Below are positions 39,741 through 51,739 of a DNA stretch of 64,000 nt, piece by piece. Source of the DNA: Octopus vulgaris (lineage: Eukaryota); contig OX597834.1 of the NCBI GenBank assembly GCA_951406725.2, forward strand, positions 41,974,001-42,038,000. The letters run 5' to 3'. Every line of letters begins with the position of its first letter. Position 1 is the first letter of the stretch. The notes beneath the pieces were generated by a model. That model saw only the letters and a program-made list of their open reading frames with translations, made no database searches and was not told the DNA's origin. Made by a program: the position numbers and the translations under genes.

Positions 39741-39958
39741 GGCGGCGGGCGAGCTGGCAGAGTGGTTAGCACGCCGGGTGGCGAAATGCGTAGCCGTATT
39801 TCGTTTGCCGTTACTTTCTGAGTTCAAATTCCGCCGAAGTCGACCTTGCCTTTCATCCTTTCGGGGTCGATTAAATAAGTACCAGCTACGCACTGGGGTC
39901 GATATAATCGACTTAATCCGTTTGTCTGTCCTTGTTTGTCCCCTTGTGGGTAGTAAAG
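39741..39958 (+). mobile_element. SINE family B
   Basis: Head, core and tail all present, CpGs intact. Confidence 0.8.
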
Positions 39959-40149
39959 GAACAGAATGATCAAAGGTAGATTATTTGGAGGAAGAGCTAA
40001 AGCGGAGATGAGAAAACCGGGAGCGATTGAGGAGGAAAGAAAGTAAGAAAATGAATTGTATATATACAGCGGTGGTGCCCCAGGATGGCTGCGGCCTTCG
40101 GGCTGAAACATTTTAAAGGATTTTAAGGATATATGAAGCGGGTGTGAGG

Positions 40150-40880
40150 AGATAAAAGTAGTTGAAGTGAGCGAGAAGGAAGAGAGACACACAACTAAAG
40201 AGAAAGAGAGAGAGAGAGAGAAAATACGATTTGAGATAGAAATGAAACTGTGTGTGTGTGTGTGTGTGTGAGAGAGAATTGACAGAGATTTACGGAAGAA
40301 AGCGCTACAAAGATATTTCGTTTGTAAGATTCTTTATGTGAATAAAAAAAAGAAACAGAAAACGAATGACTGGTTAACGAACAAGTTAAACAATTGGTTG
40401 ATTAGTTTAGTTTGGGTAGATATCTAACCGATTAATAATAAAGGAAGAGAATCGAACCGGTGCGTGTGTGTGTGTTGTTAATATTGGCGTGATGACTGAC
40501 TCTTCTGAGAGAACAAAATGAAGATAGAGAGAAAGTATGAATGAAATAGACGGAGTGTAAGACGACACGGAAGGTAAAGAGAAAGTGTGGGATTTGTCAA
40601 GAAAGACTGGAGGAGTATGAGGTGGTCAACAGAGAGTGAGAGTGAGAGAAGAAGGCAGAGAGCGAGAGAGAGAGAATGAGAGAAGAAGGCAGAGAGGAAG
40701 AGAGAGAGAGAGAGAGAAAGAGTATATTTGATTTGAGAGAAAAACTAGAGTATGAGGTGGTCGACTGTGTTTCCGGGAAAGACAGAAAGAAAGAGAGAGA
40801 GAGAGAGAGGAGGAGACTAAGAAAGAAATAGAAAGAGTAAAACTGAAAGGAATTGAGAGAGAGAAAGAAAGAATGAATTA
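40150..40880. repeat. Purine-rich (GA)n region upstream of the GS promoter
   Basis: Multiple gagaga tracts and a strong purine skew on the + strand. Confidence 0.75.
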
Positions 40881-40934
40881 CTGGGCGAATGAAAAAAATT
40901 CAGTGATCGAAGTCAAAGTATTTGCCGATAGCTA

Positions 40935-41200
40935 ATTGGTTGGTTTGTGGAGGAAAGGAAGAGGTGAGAGTGAAAAAATTATTAAAACTATTAATTGTAA
41001 TACTTTTAGTGACAAAAGAAAAGGAAGAAAAAAAAGTTTTTCCCCTCTTTGTTTCCTTCTCCTTCCTTTTCCCTATCTCTCGTTCCCTCTTTTCCCCCTC
41101 TCTTTCCCCTTTTCCTTTCTCCCCCGCCCCCCTCGCCTAGCAACTGAAAGTGAGGCTGGTTTTTGAGGTATAAAATGTTGCCAACTCTTCAACTTTATTA
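40935..41200 (+). promoter_or_regulatory. Probable glutamine synthetase core promoter
   Basis: Inverted CCAAT (ATTGG) 40935-40939, GC box CCCCCGCCCC 41121-41130 and TATAAAA 41169-41175. Confidence 0.65.
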
Positions 41201-41396
41201 AAACTTTTTTTGTGTCAGGTGTCCGTTGTTTGTATTTCAATTCATTCAACACTCAAACGGACCCACAGCTTATCTTTCGCACAAGCACATCTTATCATCC
41301 ACCTTTCGTATTTTAAAGATACCAGTTCTGTTTTTTCTAAACAGTAACTTCATCGTGAAAACTTCATTAATTTTTTAAGGATCAAACCACAAAAAG
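41200..41396 (+). other. GLUL: Probable non-coding exon 1 (5' UTR) of glutamine synthetase; start approximate
   Basis: Begins ~25-30 bp after the TATA box, contains no ATG, and ends at a consensus donor AAG|GTAAGT (41397). The first coding exon has an acceptor 7 nt before its ATG, so an upstream exon is required. Confidence 0.65.
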
Positions 41397-42346
41397 GTAA
41401 GTTTAGTTGCGATCCCTTTTTGTTCTTGTTTTCGGGAAACAAAAGACCCCCAGCTACATTATATCGTGTTCCTGTTGAAGAGTTGGAAATTATGAATCGC
41501 GTATTTTTTATCCCTATAGATTACAATTCTGTAATTCCCCCTTTTTTTTTTCATGTGGGGGCTCTCCTATTTTCCGTAAATTTTCAGTTTTGTCTGAATT
41601 TAGGGAAACGTAAATTTGAAAAAAAAAAAAAAAAAAATTATGCAAATGGATAAAAAAAAAATAATTGGTAGATTAAAAAATTCCCCTCCTTATTTTTTCT
41701 TTTATTCGAGGAAATTACATTTTGGCACATTCACACAATTTCTATATATTTCTATACTCGCGCGCGCCTTGTTTCGGAAGAAGCTCTTATCTACTCAATC
41801 CACGTGTAATGAACAGCTGAAATTGTGAATTGTTGTTATTAAGGTCGTTGCTACCAACTCATTCCTTCCAAATTTTAGGCTTTCTGCCATGCGACAAACA
41901 ATTAATTACCGAATCCTAATCAAAGTTGCGCGCTTTATTCCTATCATAAGCTTACGAATCCTAGTATGTGATATATTAAGCAGAGATTTTTTTTTTCTTG
42001 TGTGTTGTCTTGAGGTACTAATCACTGCTTTAAAAATCTTAACCATAGTGTATGTATTTTCTATGTGTATCTTGGGTTTTGACTGCAATAATTTGAGAAC
42101 CCCTCGACAAACTACAAATCGGTGCGTCGCGTGACGTTTCCCTCGTAACTTGATAATCAAAAATGCACTTTTAAAAAGATTTTGTTTTTGGCGATGTAGA
42201 TTACGATCGTGTTAATAAAATTGCAGGACGTATTTTATTCTATGGACTTAGAATCAGTTTTTACTTCCTGAAGTGTTAAAGCTATCGTGGGAGTTTCCTT
42301 TGGGAAAAGATTTATTGTTAATCACAAATCGTAGCCTACTTTCTTA

Positions 42347-42377
<31 letters not shown>

Positions 42378-44557
42378 GTTTGGCTGATGTAATCTTAGGC
42401 AGGATGATGTAAGCCAGACTGGATGGTTACGGTTGGAACGCCTTCGATTATAACTCTGCTTGCGTGACCAGTAGTGGCTAACTTGGACGTTCAAACGATT
42501 TTCTAAAACTTGCTGGGAGACTACTAAAAATTACTAGAAATAGCAGCCAAATCTTTTTTTTACACCACATTCTATTATTTTCAAAGTTTACGTTGAATAA
42601 CGTAGTGCAACATTTATACACTGTTTGGTTAAAAGATGTGATGCTTACAGCTATCAACCTTTTTTTTTATAACACCCACTACAGTGCTGTCTGTAATTCT
42701 CTCTGCAAGAATGGCTAAACATTAGTAAAACTAGTTGCTAAATTGAACAAATAACGATGTATTAAATAACATTATTATTATTAGATTTGACCTTGCTAAG
42801 ATATTTTGCTTGTATCTTTATTTTGTAACTCCCTTCAATTTGTCTTTATTCTCAAGTGTGTGTACGTGTGTATATACATATATATGGTGTGCGTGTTATG
42901 TATGTATAACACACACACACACACACACATTCTCTCTCTCTCTCTCTCTCTCTCTCTTTAGCAACTCAATTAGCTTATTGTTTATGCTGTATATTTTACT
43001 AATTTATCCATTAATTACTTGTTGAAAACTTGACTGTTATCCAAATTTTGTGTCTGTGCACTGTTATTCTTTAATTATATTTTAAACGAAACTTTTTCAC
43101 AGAATCTTTTAACTACTTATGTTGCCTGTTATTCGATATTAATATTTTGTTTAGACTCAGGCCAAAGACCCTGGTCGTAGTTGACTAAAGGTCATAGGTA
43201 TTCCATTAGTATACATACATTTGATTATGCATGTAGTCATAAATACACTAAGTTGGTGAAAATGAAACGTTGCTATTTCTAGCAGGTCAAATAAACCATG
43301 TAGGGACTCCTTTTCGCCCTATAAATTCAAACTCGTGCGTGCGTGCGCTGTCTCGCGGGCTTTTTATTTAACCACGAGTGAACCCTGATCGAGCAGAAAG
43401 GCCCGTATAGGCATTTTTATCGTAAGGTTCATGTAGAAAAGACTATCTTATCTGCGATAGTGCAGTCCTTCCTTATGATAGTAGGAAGGGTGATTCAGTT
43501 CACGAGCAACCACGTATACAGGATCGTTATGTTACACACTCGTCCTACATGTTTGACAAGTCACAAAACGCTTTTTGAAGTTTTTCTTTCTTTTTCCCGA
43601 GTGCCACGTTTGTCACGAACGAAGGGAAAATATATAAAAATAAATAGATAAGTTGCTAACATGGTTGTCTTCATCGAACACTTCATATGTTATTATTATT
43701 ATTATTATTATTATTTCGTGGACTTTTTCAAATTCTGTCCCACAGTCGACTACGCTTTTCATCCTTTCAAGGTCGATAAAATAAGTATCGGCCAGTTACT
43801 AAGGGCCCTTAAAATTGCAGGCCTTGTGCCTATAGTGGAACGGATTATTATTCTTTTGTTTCAGTCGACCCCAGGACTTATTCTTTGTAAGCCTAGTACT
43901 TATTCTATCGGTCACTTTTCTCGGACCGCTAAGTTACGGGGACGCAAACACACCAGCATCGGTTATCAAGCGATGTTGGAGGGGGGACAAACACAGACAC
44001 ACATATACATATACGACGGGCTTCTTTCAGTTTCCGTCTACCACTTACAAGGCTTTGGTCGGTCCGAGGCTATAGTAGAAGGTACTTGCCCAAGGTGCCA
44101 CGCAGTGGGACTGAACCCAGAACCATGTGGTTGGTAAGCAAGCTATTTACCACACATCCACACCTGCGCCTACGTAAACTTTTTAAATTATACTTCACTT
44201 CGGCTCAGTCTTAATACAGCAGATCTGTCTACCCGTTGACCAAAGGCGTTTTAACCATGGCCATCCCATTTATTTTGCTTATCAGCGACACTTCATTGCG
44301 CAATGACAAGTTTAAAAACTTCTTGCTCAATCTTGATGTGCAGATTTATGACAGCTGAGATTTTTTTTAACCCTAAGCAACTAGTTTAACCGTTCTTGCA
44401 GAGAATAACAAACAGTACTATAGTGGGTATTATAATCAAAATTGATGGCTGTGAGCATACAATGTCCTTCTGTCGCTTGTAGGGGAATGGTTTGGAGAGA
44501 GATTTAGGAATTGATTCGGATACGTGGAGCGTCCACATTGAGAAATTAAAAAAAAAA

Positions 44558-44954
44558 CTAGCAGTATCGCCCGGCGTTGCTCGGGTTTGTTTCGACCCTT
44601 TAGAATTGGAATTTTTGAAAAGTAAAAATGTTGCATTATGTAGCTTGTTATTCTCTTTAAGTGAACATTTTTCTGGTTGAAATACACCGAAAAATGGCGA
44701 CACAGCAGTCAAAAAGATCGTAAAAAATAGGGATTTTCATAGGAAAAAAAAAAGCACATTTTTTATGTAAATAATTTTTGGTGTTAACATGGTTCGATTT
44801 GAATTTTTTCTTCTACGGAAGGAAGAGCGAGCCTTCTTCTATCATACTCTCAATTTTGGTCAACTTGCACCGCAGGGTCTCGGAGGAGATAGTGTTAGTT
44901 GAAGGCTACCAAGCCTGCCATACACAGACAACTTCAGCTTTATATAGAGAGAGA
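44558..44954 (-). mobile_element. Non-autonomous Helitron, complete
   Basis: - strand starts TC...tctatataaagctgaag and ends with hairpin cccgagcaacgccggg followed by ...tgCTAG|T (CTAG at 44558-44561). Confidence 0.8.
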
Positions 44955-45003
44955 TAAAATCCCACAATCTTATGTTTTGTCTGGTTTTGTTTTCAGACGT
45001 AAA

Positions 45004-45258
45004 GAAGTTCTATATTTAAGAGATGAGGAATTATTTACATTTGACGGATATTTGTCCTCATCTTGTTTGTTGTTAACACAACGTTTCGGCTGATATACCC
45101 TCCAGCCTTCATCAGGTGTCTCGGGGAAATTTCGAACCTAGGTTCCCATTCTTAAGGTATTTTTCGATGTTATTATTATTGTTCAGGTCACTGCCTGGAA
45201 TCGAACTGGGAATCTTGGGGTTAGTAGCCCGCGCTCTTAACCACTACGCCATATGCCC
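45004..45258 (-). mobile_element. tRNA-headed short element carrying a hammerhead ribozyme
   Basis: - strand head gggcatatggcgtagtggttaagagcgcgggctactaacccc...agttcgattcc (A box 45241-45251, B box 45197-45206), then an (AAT)n linker and the hammerhead at 45075-45120. Confidence 0.75.
45075..45120 (-). ncRNA. Minimal type I hammerhead ribozyme
   Basis: gacac CUGAUGA a ggcug gaggguauau cagcc GAAA CG UU | guguu. Core intact, stems I and II are 5 bp each, and palindromic AACGUU replaces stem III. Confidence 0.75.
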
Positions 45259-45351
45259 GTGGGTATATGGCGTAGTGGTTGTACTTTTTGTGAGAATAGA
45301 TACACTTCGTTCACATTTGAAGCGTACAAATATAGTTTGTTTACATTTGCT

Positions 45352-45540
45352 ATCTCTCTCTATATATAAAGCTGAAGCTGTCTGTGTATGGCAGGTTTGG
45401 TAGCCTTCAACTAATACTATCTCCTTTGAGACCCTGCGGCGCAAGTTGACCAAAATTGAGAGTATGATAGAGGAAGGCTTGCTCTTCATTCCGTAGAAGA
45501 AAAATTTTCAAATCGGACCATGTTAACACCAAAAATTATT
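45352..45540 (+). mobile_element. Non-autonomous Helitron, 5' part only
   Basis: Diverged reverse complement of 44770-44954. Confidence 0.75.
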
Positions 45541-46014
45541 ATCTTAAGACCTGTTGAAGATAGTGTGAGACTTCTCAGTTATTTCTAGCAAGTCAAGCAA
45601 TCTCATAGAGGCTCCTGTTGAAGTTTGGGAAAGTAATTAACTCCATTTAATTGCTTGTTTTCTAATTAAACACAGTATGTGGAAACAATTTACTGGAAGT
45701 GTGAGGCAGCCAAAATCTGTTCTATAAAGTTTTGAAAATGGTTAATGTGTTTTCAAAAGAATTTGAACATTTCAAAAAAGTTTTAGTTTTATAATTTTTT
45801 GAATTTTTATTGCAAACATTAAAAAGGACTTCATTTTTTTTGTTTTTTTGATTCCTGAACTCGACCCTAGCACTTATTTTGTAAAACCTGCTGTTTATTT
45901 TATTCGTTCTTTTGCTGAACTGCTAAGTTACAGGAACTGAAACACACCAGCTACCAAGCAGTGGTGGATGACAAACACAGACACAAAGACCACACACATG
46001 CCCACAGATATATA

Positions 46015-46293
46015 TCATCATCATCATCATCGTTTAACGTCCGTTCTCCATGCTAGCATGGGTTGGACGGTTCGACCGGGGTCTGGGAAGCCAGAAGGCT
46101 GCACCAGGCTCCAGTCTTATCTGGCAGAGTTTCTACAGCTGGATGCCCTTCCTAACGCCAACCACTCCGTGAGTGTAGTGGGTGCTTTTTACGTGCCACC
46201 TGCACAGGTGCCAGGCGAGGCTGGCAATGGCCACGGTCGGATTGGTGCATTTTACGTGCCACCGGCACGGAAGCCAGTCGAGGCGGCACTGGC
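46015..46293 (-). mobile_element. SINE family D with RTE-like tail ending in (GAT)n
   Basis: catcatcgtttaacgtccgttctccatgctagcatgggttggacgg... Related copies at ~13850-14150, 16580-16730, 47975-48225 and 55630-55800. Confidence 0.7.
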
Positions 46294-46321
46294 ATATATC
46301 TATGTGTGTATATATATAATA

Positions 46322-46640
46322 TTAGGGACTATAATTCCAAACTTACAGGGAAAAATTCAGTTTAGCAATTTTAAGTCAAATTTCACTATATATAATTTAG
46401 AGAGAAACCTCTATTAAACAATTCAACAATGAAAGATGTTATTCACACCATATAGAAAACACTATAAAAACCTTATTCTAAAAATCAATAAAGTACAAAG
46501 TCAATAAGTACTACTACTATTTATTGTTTTTGTACTTTATTGATTTTTAGAATAAGCTTTTTTTTTATAGTATATGTTTTCTATATGGTGTGAATAACAT
46601 CTTTCATTATTGAATTGTTTAACAGAGGTTTTTCTGTAAA
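46322..46640. mobile_element. Inverted pair of Penelope-like terminal repeat fragments (same family as 15672-16235)
   Basis: ~46400-46498 is the reverse complement of ~46530-46635. Confidence 0.7.
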
Positions 46641-46796
46641 CATATGTGTATATATATATACGTACATACATACATAATGGGCTTCTTAAGTTTCCTTCTA
46701 CAAAATCCACTCGCAAGGCTTTGGTAAGCCTGAGGCTATAGCAAAAGACACTTGTCCAAGGTGCCAATGCAGTGGGACTGAACCCAGAACCATATA

Positions 46797-47192
46797 CTCT
46801 TTTACTTGTTTCAGTCATTTGACTGCGGCCATGCTGGAGCACCGCATTTAGTCGAGCAAATCGACCCCAGGACTTATTCTTTGTAAGCCTAGTACTTATT
46901 CCATCGGTCTCTTTTGCTGAACCGCTAAGTAACGGGGACGTAAACACACCAGCATCGGTTGTCAAGCAATGCTAGGGGGACAAACACACACACACACACA
47001 TACACACATATATATACATACATATATACGACAGGCTTCTTTCAGTTTCCGTTTACCAAATCCACTCACAAGGCATTGGTCGGCCCGGGGCTATAGCAGA
47101 AGACACTCGCCCAAGATGCCAATGCATTGGGACTGAACCCGGAACCATGTGGTTGGTTAGCAAGCTACTTACCACACAGCCACTCCTGCGCC
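46797..47192 (-). mobile_element. SINE family A, full length, in GS intron 1
   Basis: Reverse-complement copy of the young subfamily. Confidence 0.85.
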
Positions 47193-47357
47193 TATGTAAA
47201 TGATTTTTAAAAGAATTGCAAACTAGATGGAATAATAAACAACCACTCAAAATTAACTTTGCTCTGATTAAAATGCCATTAAGGGAGTGTTGGGGGCTGC
47301 AAAGGGTTGTGGACTGCTGACTTATGTATTTATTTTTGATTACATTCCAGATACACA

Positions 47358-47532
47358 ATGACTCAACCACGTTCATATCCAGCCACCACGGACAAGACTG
47401 TCCTCAACCACTACTTGGAACTTCCTCAAGATAAAGAGAATGTCATGTGTGAATATATTTGGATTGACGGTACTGGTGAAGGTCTGCGAAGCAAGTGTCG
47501 TACGTTGGAAGGGGTCCCGGCCCAGCCAAGTG
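47358..47532 (+). CDS. GLUL: Glutamine synthetase (GSII) coding exon 1
   Basis: MTQPRSYPATTDKTVLNHYLELPQDKENVMCEYIWIDGTGEGLRSKCRTL... with the YIWIDG motif. Acceptor ttccag ends at 47350 and donor GTATGT starts at 47533. 175 nt. Confidence 0.96.
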
Positions 47533-47647
47533 GTATGTTAACAATTTGTTTTTGTAATCCCGTTTTTGCTCCCTCAGGTTTGTGAGTAATAGTATTGTTG
47601 ACGATGGGTTTTTTTTCCCGGGGAGGTGGGAAAATCACTATTCTCTC

Positions 47648-47870
47648 TATAAGGGGCTGCTGAAATGTTTCTGGCTTTTAAGGGTATCACAAAAGGCCTG
47701 GCTAGAGGGCCAACCTTCCAGGTTCTTTTACAGGACCCAGAGAAACTGAAGGATAGCTGCCATAAGTGTGTGAATCCGAGAGGGGAATGTGTTGAATAAA
47801 ATCATAATTAACTGATCCTCCTGTATTTTCTTTTACCAAAACAAGGAACTTTTCAGCACTCCCTTGTATA
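47648..47870 (+). mobile_element. mariner-derived MITE
   Basis: TA-flanked imperfect TIRs (taaggggctgctgaaa / tttcagcactcccttgta). It retains the EKLKD.C.KCVN.RGECVE* transposase tail. Confidence 0.7.
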
Positions 47871-47942
47871 AACAAAGAGATAGAAAGAGAAAAGGTTTAT
47901 AGCACCAGTCCAGATATTTTTTGATCAGACCTCATATCTATA

Positions 47943-47976
<34 letters not shown>

Positions 47977-50900
47977 ATCATCATCATCGTTTAGCGTCCG
48001 TTTTGCATGCTAGCATGGGTTGGATGGTTCAACTGGGGTCTGGGAAGCCAGAAGGCTGCACCAGGCCCAGTTTGATCTGGCAATGTTTCTACGACTGGAT
48101 GCCCTTCCTAACGCCAACCACTCCATGAGTGTAGTGGGTGCTGTTTATGTGCCACCGGCACAGGTGCCAGACGAGTCTGGCAAACGGCCACGATCGGATG
48201 GTGCTTTTTATGTGCCACCGGCACATATATACACATATATATACATATATACACACTGGAGCAGGCTTTCTACAGTCAAATGATGCTCTCCCTGTCACCA
48301 ACACTCACCTATTTCCAAGAAAGGTTGTAGTTCCACTGTGGCTGGACATATTTTCATAGAAGATCAGAAATGAACAGATTTGTATGATGGTGGAACTTCT
48401 TTACAACTACCATGTGAGGTCAACAAGGTAGACACATACAAATATAGCACACACACACACTTACACAGCAAATCCACTCAGAAGGCACTGACTGACTTAG
48501 GGCTATAGCTGAAGTCACTTGCTCAGGGTGCCACATGGTGGGACTGAACCGAAAGCCATGCGGTTGTAAAGGTTGGATGTGTTATGTTAGTATGCATGAA
48601 CAGCATCATACTGATAAGCTTTAGCTTAGCCCTTTTGTTACCCCATTTCTGTTGAGATGTTCTGTGGTTCTTTTAATTAATTTTAATTATAGTAAATTTA
48701 GTAAAATAACTTAGTTATCACTAAGCTAGCAGTAGGAACATAAATTGTGACTAAGGTTTGGAAGATTTTAATTCAGAACTTTTGAAAACAAAATGTTTGT
48801 ACAACAGAACCAGAAGTGGTTTCAGGTGGGTTGGTGTCAAAAGGGTTAAACTGGGTATAAGAGGAATTAGATGTTGTATGCCAGTGGGATAACAGCATTA
48901 GTTTAGACATGTAATTTGCATGGTCTGTGAAGGCTGGGTAAAGAAGTCAAAAGGTCCTTGTGAAAGAAAAGTGTGGAATAGGAAGACTGAAGAAGATAAG
49001 GGCAGAAGTGGTGAAAGCCGATCACTGTATTGGAGAGGACCTGCCTGACTCCTGAGAGTGTGGGAAAAGTAGTTATATGAGTTACTGCTCTCTTGGCAGT
49101 CTATTTTTGCAGTCCACCTCTCTCCTGAGTAAACTTATATTTTGAGAAGTCTTATTGATTTGGTGTCCTAGTTTAAAATCGTATGTTTTTATTATTTATT
49201 CTATCATTGATTCTTCGTATCAACTTTCAGAGATTTTTAAAATGTAAATATTTAGCGTATAATGTACATAGTTTCTTGATTTGTTCTTGTACTGATTTAA
49301 AATATCGATTGTTCTTTAGTTCTGGGTCATTCAAAGCCATTCTGCCTTTTTTTAACAGTGTTTTATAACACTACATCATCCTATGCCTTATTTGGAGACA
49401 GATGGGTTTGATTTAGGGGGACTTTGACTAGTTTCTAACAAGTTTGGTCACCACATAAATACTCTCATTGTAATTTACTAAAAACAATTCTTGAGGTTTG
49501 TCTGTTGGAGGAGTGCGAAACTAGGACAAATCTCAAATCTCTACTGCCCTACACTCCTAATGACAGAAGTCAAATGGACAAATGTTGAAGACTGCTTGTA
49601 TTCTGATGATAGGTAGGTTCTTACTCAGATTAAATAATCTGAGTAAGAACCTAACTGTAATCAGAATCGCTTTACAATATAATATTGGATAATATTTTGT
49701 GACTGGTGCTGGTGCCACATAAAACGCACAAGTGATGGTACCATGTAAAAAAAGCCCCCAGTACAATTCTGTAAAGTGGTTTGCACCAGGTAGGGCATCC
49801 ATCTGTAGAAACCATGCCAAAACACAATGAAGTCTGGTGCAGCTCTCTGGCTTGTCGGCTTCTGTCAAACTGTCCAACACATGCCAGCACGGAAAACAGA
49901 TATTAGATGACAATTGTTTTTTTTTTCTTTTGTCCTTCAGTTAGATTTTCTATTCCCAAATATTTAGTTTTACAATTCTAATTTCATCCTTTTGATTGCA
50001 ACCCACCAGACACAACCTTTAACTCATCATCATCTTCATCATTTCATGTCTTGTTTTCCATATTGGCATGGGTTTGACAGTTTGGCAAATCAGAAGCCTA
50101 CACGAAGCCCTACTGTCTGCTTTGGCATGCTTTCTACAACTGGATGCTCTTCTTGTCACCACCCACTTTACAAAATGAACTGATTCTATGAGACATAATC
50201 TCTGGGTTTAAAGCATTTCCTGACTAGTTTAATCCTGAAGCAACTTCAGTATCTTCTTTAGTTGTTTCAGTCTTCGTTTAGTGTCTGCCCTCCATGGTGG
50301 TGGCATGGGTTTGATGGTTGGACGGTTTGACTGATAAACTGGAGACCTGTGCCAGGTTCTAATCTGATTTGGCACAGTTTCTACGGCTGGATGCTCTTTC
50401 TAATGCCAATCACTCCAAGAGTGTACTGGGTGCTTTTTACGTGCCACTGGCATGGGTGCCAGTTGTGTGACACCAGCATCGGTCACAATTATAATTTGGC
50501 TTGATGAGTCTTCTCAAGTATTGCATATCGCCAAAAGTCTCAGTCACTTATCACCCCTGAAGGGCTCAATGTTCAAAGGGTGCTTTTTATGTGACATTGG
50601 CATCGACCATGACTACAGTTTCACTTGGCTTGACGGGTTTTCTCAAGCACAGCGTATCTCCAAAGGTCTTGGTTACTTGTCATTGTCTCTATGAGGCCCA
50701 ATGTTCGAAGATCATGCTTCACCATCTCATCCCAAGTCTTCCTGGGTCGACTTCTTGCACAGGTTCCCTCCACAGTTAGAAATCAACACTTTTTCACACA
50801 GTTATCCTGACCTGGTAGGATAGCTGAATGCCATAGAATTATTTTACTATAACACCTGAATATTATAGAATTATTTTTACTGTGTGAGAGGTTGGATCCA

Positions 50901-51353
50901 GTCAGTTTAAATGTAAAACAAGTTGGATATTTTGGGCTGATTATGGCCAGTTTAAATGCTAAAGGTTTAAGAATGGCATTGGAGGGTAGATATGAAAGGC
51001 CAGATTTGGTTAATTTGAATATAAACCAGGTAGAATATTTGGGCTCGATTTGGCCAATGCTAAAGGGGTTAGTGTGTTCCATATTCAAAGCTACAACGTT
51101 CCATCATAATTTTATGGAAGAACCTTCTCCTTAGATTCCAAACTTGATAATATCTAAGATCACTTGTTTACTTTCTGATCTTCAATTTCTTTATTTTATA
51201 AAAATTAAGACATTAAAAATATTGTCAAAAAAAAATAGTTCTTTGAGCTTAGTGTGGTTTTTTATGGTTTTATTTTTTAACTTTTTGTTTTTTATTGCAA
51301 AATGAATTCATGTCTTTTAAAAATGCTCTTTCTCTCTACCTCTCTCTTTTCAG

Positions 51354-51515
51354 ACTGCCCTATTTGGAATTTTGATGGTTCCAGTACAGGTCAAGCAGAA
51401 GGTTCCAACTCTGATATGTACTTGTATCCAATTGCTATATTTAAGGATCCATTCCGTCGTGGGGACAACCGCCTTGTTTTGTGTGATGTCTATAAGTACA
51501 ACAAAAAACCTGCAG
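51354..51515 (+). CDS. GLUL: Glutamine synthetase coding exon 2
   Basis: (D)[53 protein letters not shown]. Acceptor tttcag, donor GTACAT, 162 nt. Confidence 0.97.
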
Positions 51516-51739
51516 GTACATTTTTCAGGTTTCCCGCCATGCCCTTCCCCCCCGTATAATCCTTATAGAGTTATTTTACTGTTGATAATAAAATTGCTTG
51601 AATGTTGAAGTAGATTTTTAGTTAAATTAGTATAGTATTTTGAAAGATAACCAGAAACAATTGTGCTAAGATGTGATGGCACATGACTCAGTGGTTAGCA
51701 TCAAACTCACAATCACGTGGTGGTGAGTTCAATTCCTGG

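Noticed and set aside
45185-45258. tRNA gene (apparent ACT anticodon)
   Set aside because: The acceptor and T stems pair poorly and the head runs into a retroelement body. It is treated as a tRNA-derived promoter, as are all other SINE heads.
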